In this document: one piece after another, positions 61,433 through 62,929 of the stretch | How the letters are laid out: each line of letters opens with the position of its first letter | How positions within the stretch are numbered: the first letter of the stretch is position 1 | Source: Nemertoderma westbladi | Taxonomy: Eukaryota; Animalia; Xenacoelomorpha | NCBI GenBank assembly: GCA_032718475.1 | Contig: JAUCBJ010000772.1 | Coordinates: 1 to 62,929, forward strand | Reading direction: 5' to 3' | Length of the DNA: 62,929 nucleotides | Made by a program: the position numbers and the translations under genes | The notes under the pieces: model-generated | Told to the model about the DNA's origin: nothing | Seen by the model: the letters and a program-made list of their open reading frames with translations, nothing else | Database searches by the model: none

Positions 61433-62929
61433 CTAAGTTGGGGAGTCCCTAGATGTTTGTTGGATTAGGGAGGTGGTCGTGGGAAGAGTATCTTGTCTCC
61501 CATAGTTTCCGGAGAGTTCTCTGTCTCTTTCCAGTAAACATAAACGTCCCACCGGGCGATTGAGCTGCTGCGTCTCGAAGACAATTCCCGGTTTCTTGAA
61601 GTTACGTCGCATGACGATGAGTTCTACCGATCGCACCAAACCGTCATCCGAGATGTGAGTCTCGATTATACGACCTGTCTGCCACCTCTTACGTGGAAGA
61701 TCTACATCCACAATAAGAACCATGTCTCCAGCGCTGACGTTTTCTTGCTGCGCAAACCACTTAGTTCGAAGTTGTAGCGTGGGCAGATAATGTTTTTCGA
61801 AATGGTCAGCGAAGCGACGGGATAACAACTGCATGAGTTGCCAAGTTTGTCGGCAGTATTCGTCTCCGTCTGTGATTTCCGATTGTGGGAGCATGGCTAC
61901 AGGTTTCTTCAGTAGGAAGTGCGCGGGTGTTAGCGCTTCCAGGGAATCGGGACTCGATGAGACTGGCATAAGCGGTCTCTCGTTGAGATAGGCGGCGATT
62001 TCTTCCATTAACGTCCGCAAAAGTTCGTCGGTGAGATAAGCGCGACAAGGCACTATAAAATGAAATGCTGTCTTCACGCTTCTTATTAATCTCTCCCAAC
62101 TTCCTCCCCACCAAGGGGCGTCGGCGGCGTTGAAGGTCCAACTAGACGCTGTTACTCGTAGTTGGTCGTCCACCTGTCTTTGGTTCCAATCTTTGACGTA
62201 AGCTTTGATTTCATTGTTGGCACCAATGAAGTTTGTTCCCTTATCAGATCTCATCGTGTTACTAGTGCCAAAGCGAGCGATCTGTCGTCGTAAGCTTAAT
62301 AGAAAGCTGTTGGTAGATAAATCGTTCACCATATCGAGATGGATGGCTCTACAAGTCATACAAACAAAGATTACACACCATCTCTTGACTATAGTCCTAG
62401 CACGATATACTTCAATAGGGCCAAATAAATCCACACCGGCATTAGTAAAGGGTGGTTCATAAAAGCTTACTCGTTCCCTAGGTAATTCTGCCTCTCTCTG
62501 TGTTAAAGGCCTACTGAATGCTTTCCTACAGGGTATACAGTTCCTAAGAACTTGGTTCAGAGCTCTACGGGGTTTATAAAAATAATAGCGAGTTCGAATT
62601 TCGCTAAGAACTCGTTCTCTACCAGCATGATAAAGTTTGCTGTGAACATCTACAATCATCTTGACTTGTATTTCAAGATTTCTAATGAGTATGGGGAACT
62701 TAGTATCAAAGGATAATGGGGCATTCGTTAACCTTCCTCCAACACGTATCAACCCATCTATCATTGTGCTAGAGAAACGATCCCTTAAGCGCATCTGTGG
62801 ATTTCTCAACAACAGGAAATACTTATCGGAATCTTCATAGCATTGTAAGAGTCTCAGCATCTGTTTGTTGGTTTCTTCATGCTCCTGATAACTGATCTTC
62901 TCCTTCAGAAACCTGTCGGGTATCTTATA
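61433..62929 (-). CDS. pol: BEL/Pao pol polyprotein, C-terminal part (integrase), 5'-incomplete
   Basis: VGGRL, HHCC (HSKLYH...CIPC), DDE triad (GVDLFGP, SDKGTNF, GGSWERLI) and Pao-type tail YLPTLQLRTKW...GDMVL...WQTGRI...DGLVRSV. The frame is open to the window edge. Confidence 0.95.
   Translation of the reverse strand, partial: YKIPDRFLKEKISYQEHEETNKQMLRLLQCYEDSDKYFLLLRNPQMRLRDRFSSTMIDGLIRVGGRLTNAPLSFDTKFPILIRNLEIQVKMIVDVHSKLYHAGRERVLSEIRTRYYFYKPRRALNQVLRNCIPCRKAFSRPLTQREAELPRERVSFYEPPFTNAGVDLFGPIEVYRARTIVKRWCVIFVCMTCRAIHLDMVNDLSTNSFLLSLRRQIARFGTSNTMRSDKGTNFIGANNEIKAYVKDWNQRQVDDQLRVTASSWTFNAADAPWWGGSWERLIRSVKTAFHFIVPCRAYLTDELLRTLMEEIAAYLNERPLMPVSSSPDSLEALTPAHFLLKKPVAMLPQSEITDGDEYCRQTWQLMQLLSRRFADHFEKHYLPTLQLRTKWFAQQENVSAGDMVLIVDVDLPRKRWQTGRIIETHISDDGLVRSVELIVMRRNFKKPGIVFETQQLNRPVGRLCLLERDRELSGNYGRQDTLPTTTSLIQQTSRDSPT

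Larger units (their letters stand above)
55059..62929 (-). mobile_element. BEL/Pao LTR retrotransposon, 3' portion (pol end, spacer, extra ORF, PPT, 3' LTR)
   Basis: Pao-type integrase, a same-strand extra ORF, PPT and LTR in the correct order. No LTR-like terminus seen between pol and the extra ORF. Confidence 0.78.

Overview
This is AT-rich, repeat-dense eukaryotic (probably invertebrate) genomic DNA, not prokaryotic. (1) ~360-17450 is a head-to-tail cluster of about nine Helentron-type non-autonomous elements (HINE/DINE-1 architecture, two terminal families). They carry GCTCG pentamer expansions, a long-TIR MITE and a 5'-truncated RTE LINE with an 11-bp TSD. (2) 17850-21632 holds nested MITEs and a Penelope-like remnant with a minimal hammerhead motif. 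(3) An intronless, divergent PKA catalytic-subunit-like gene lies at 21839-22942, followed by a second RTE copy. (4) A three-exon ABCA transporter gene (26828-36752, ~2098 aa) has both ABC signature motifs degenerate. (5) A 9.6-kb 41-bp satellite spans 38103-47683. (6) A near full-length two-ORF APE+RT LINE (RTEX-like) is inserted in a 49-bp minisatellite. (7) A probable terminal host exon lies at 54003-54323. (8) The 3' half of a BEL/Pao LTR retrotransposon occupies 55059-62929 on the minus strand. The most notable item is in this last element. Between its integrase and its 3' LTR, where env would sit, it carries a ~1410-codon extra reading frame with a DEDDy-like 3'-5' exonuclease domain, CCHC-type zinc fingers and a basic tail, preceded by strongly structured intergenic sequence. 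All family assignments come from motif recognition by eye; no database searches were run.
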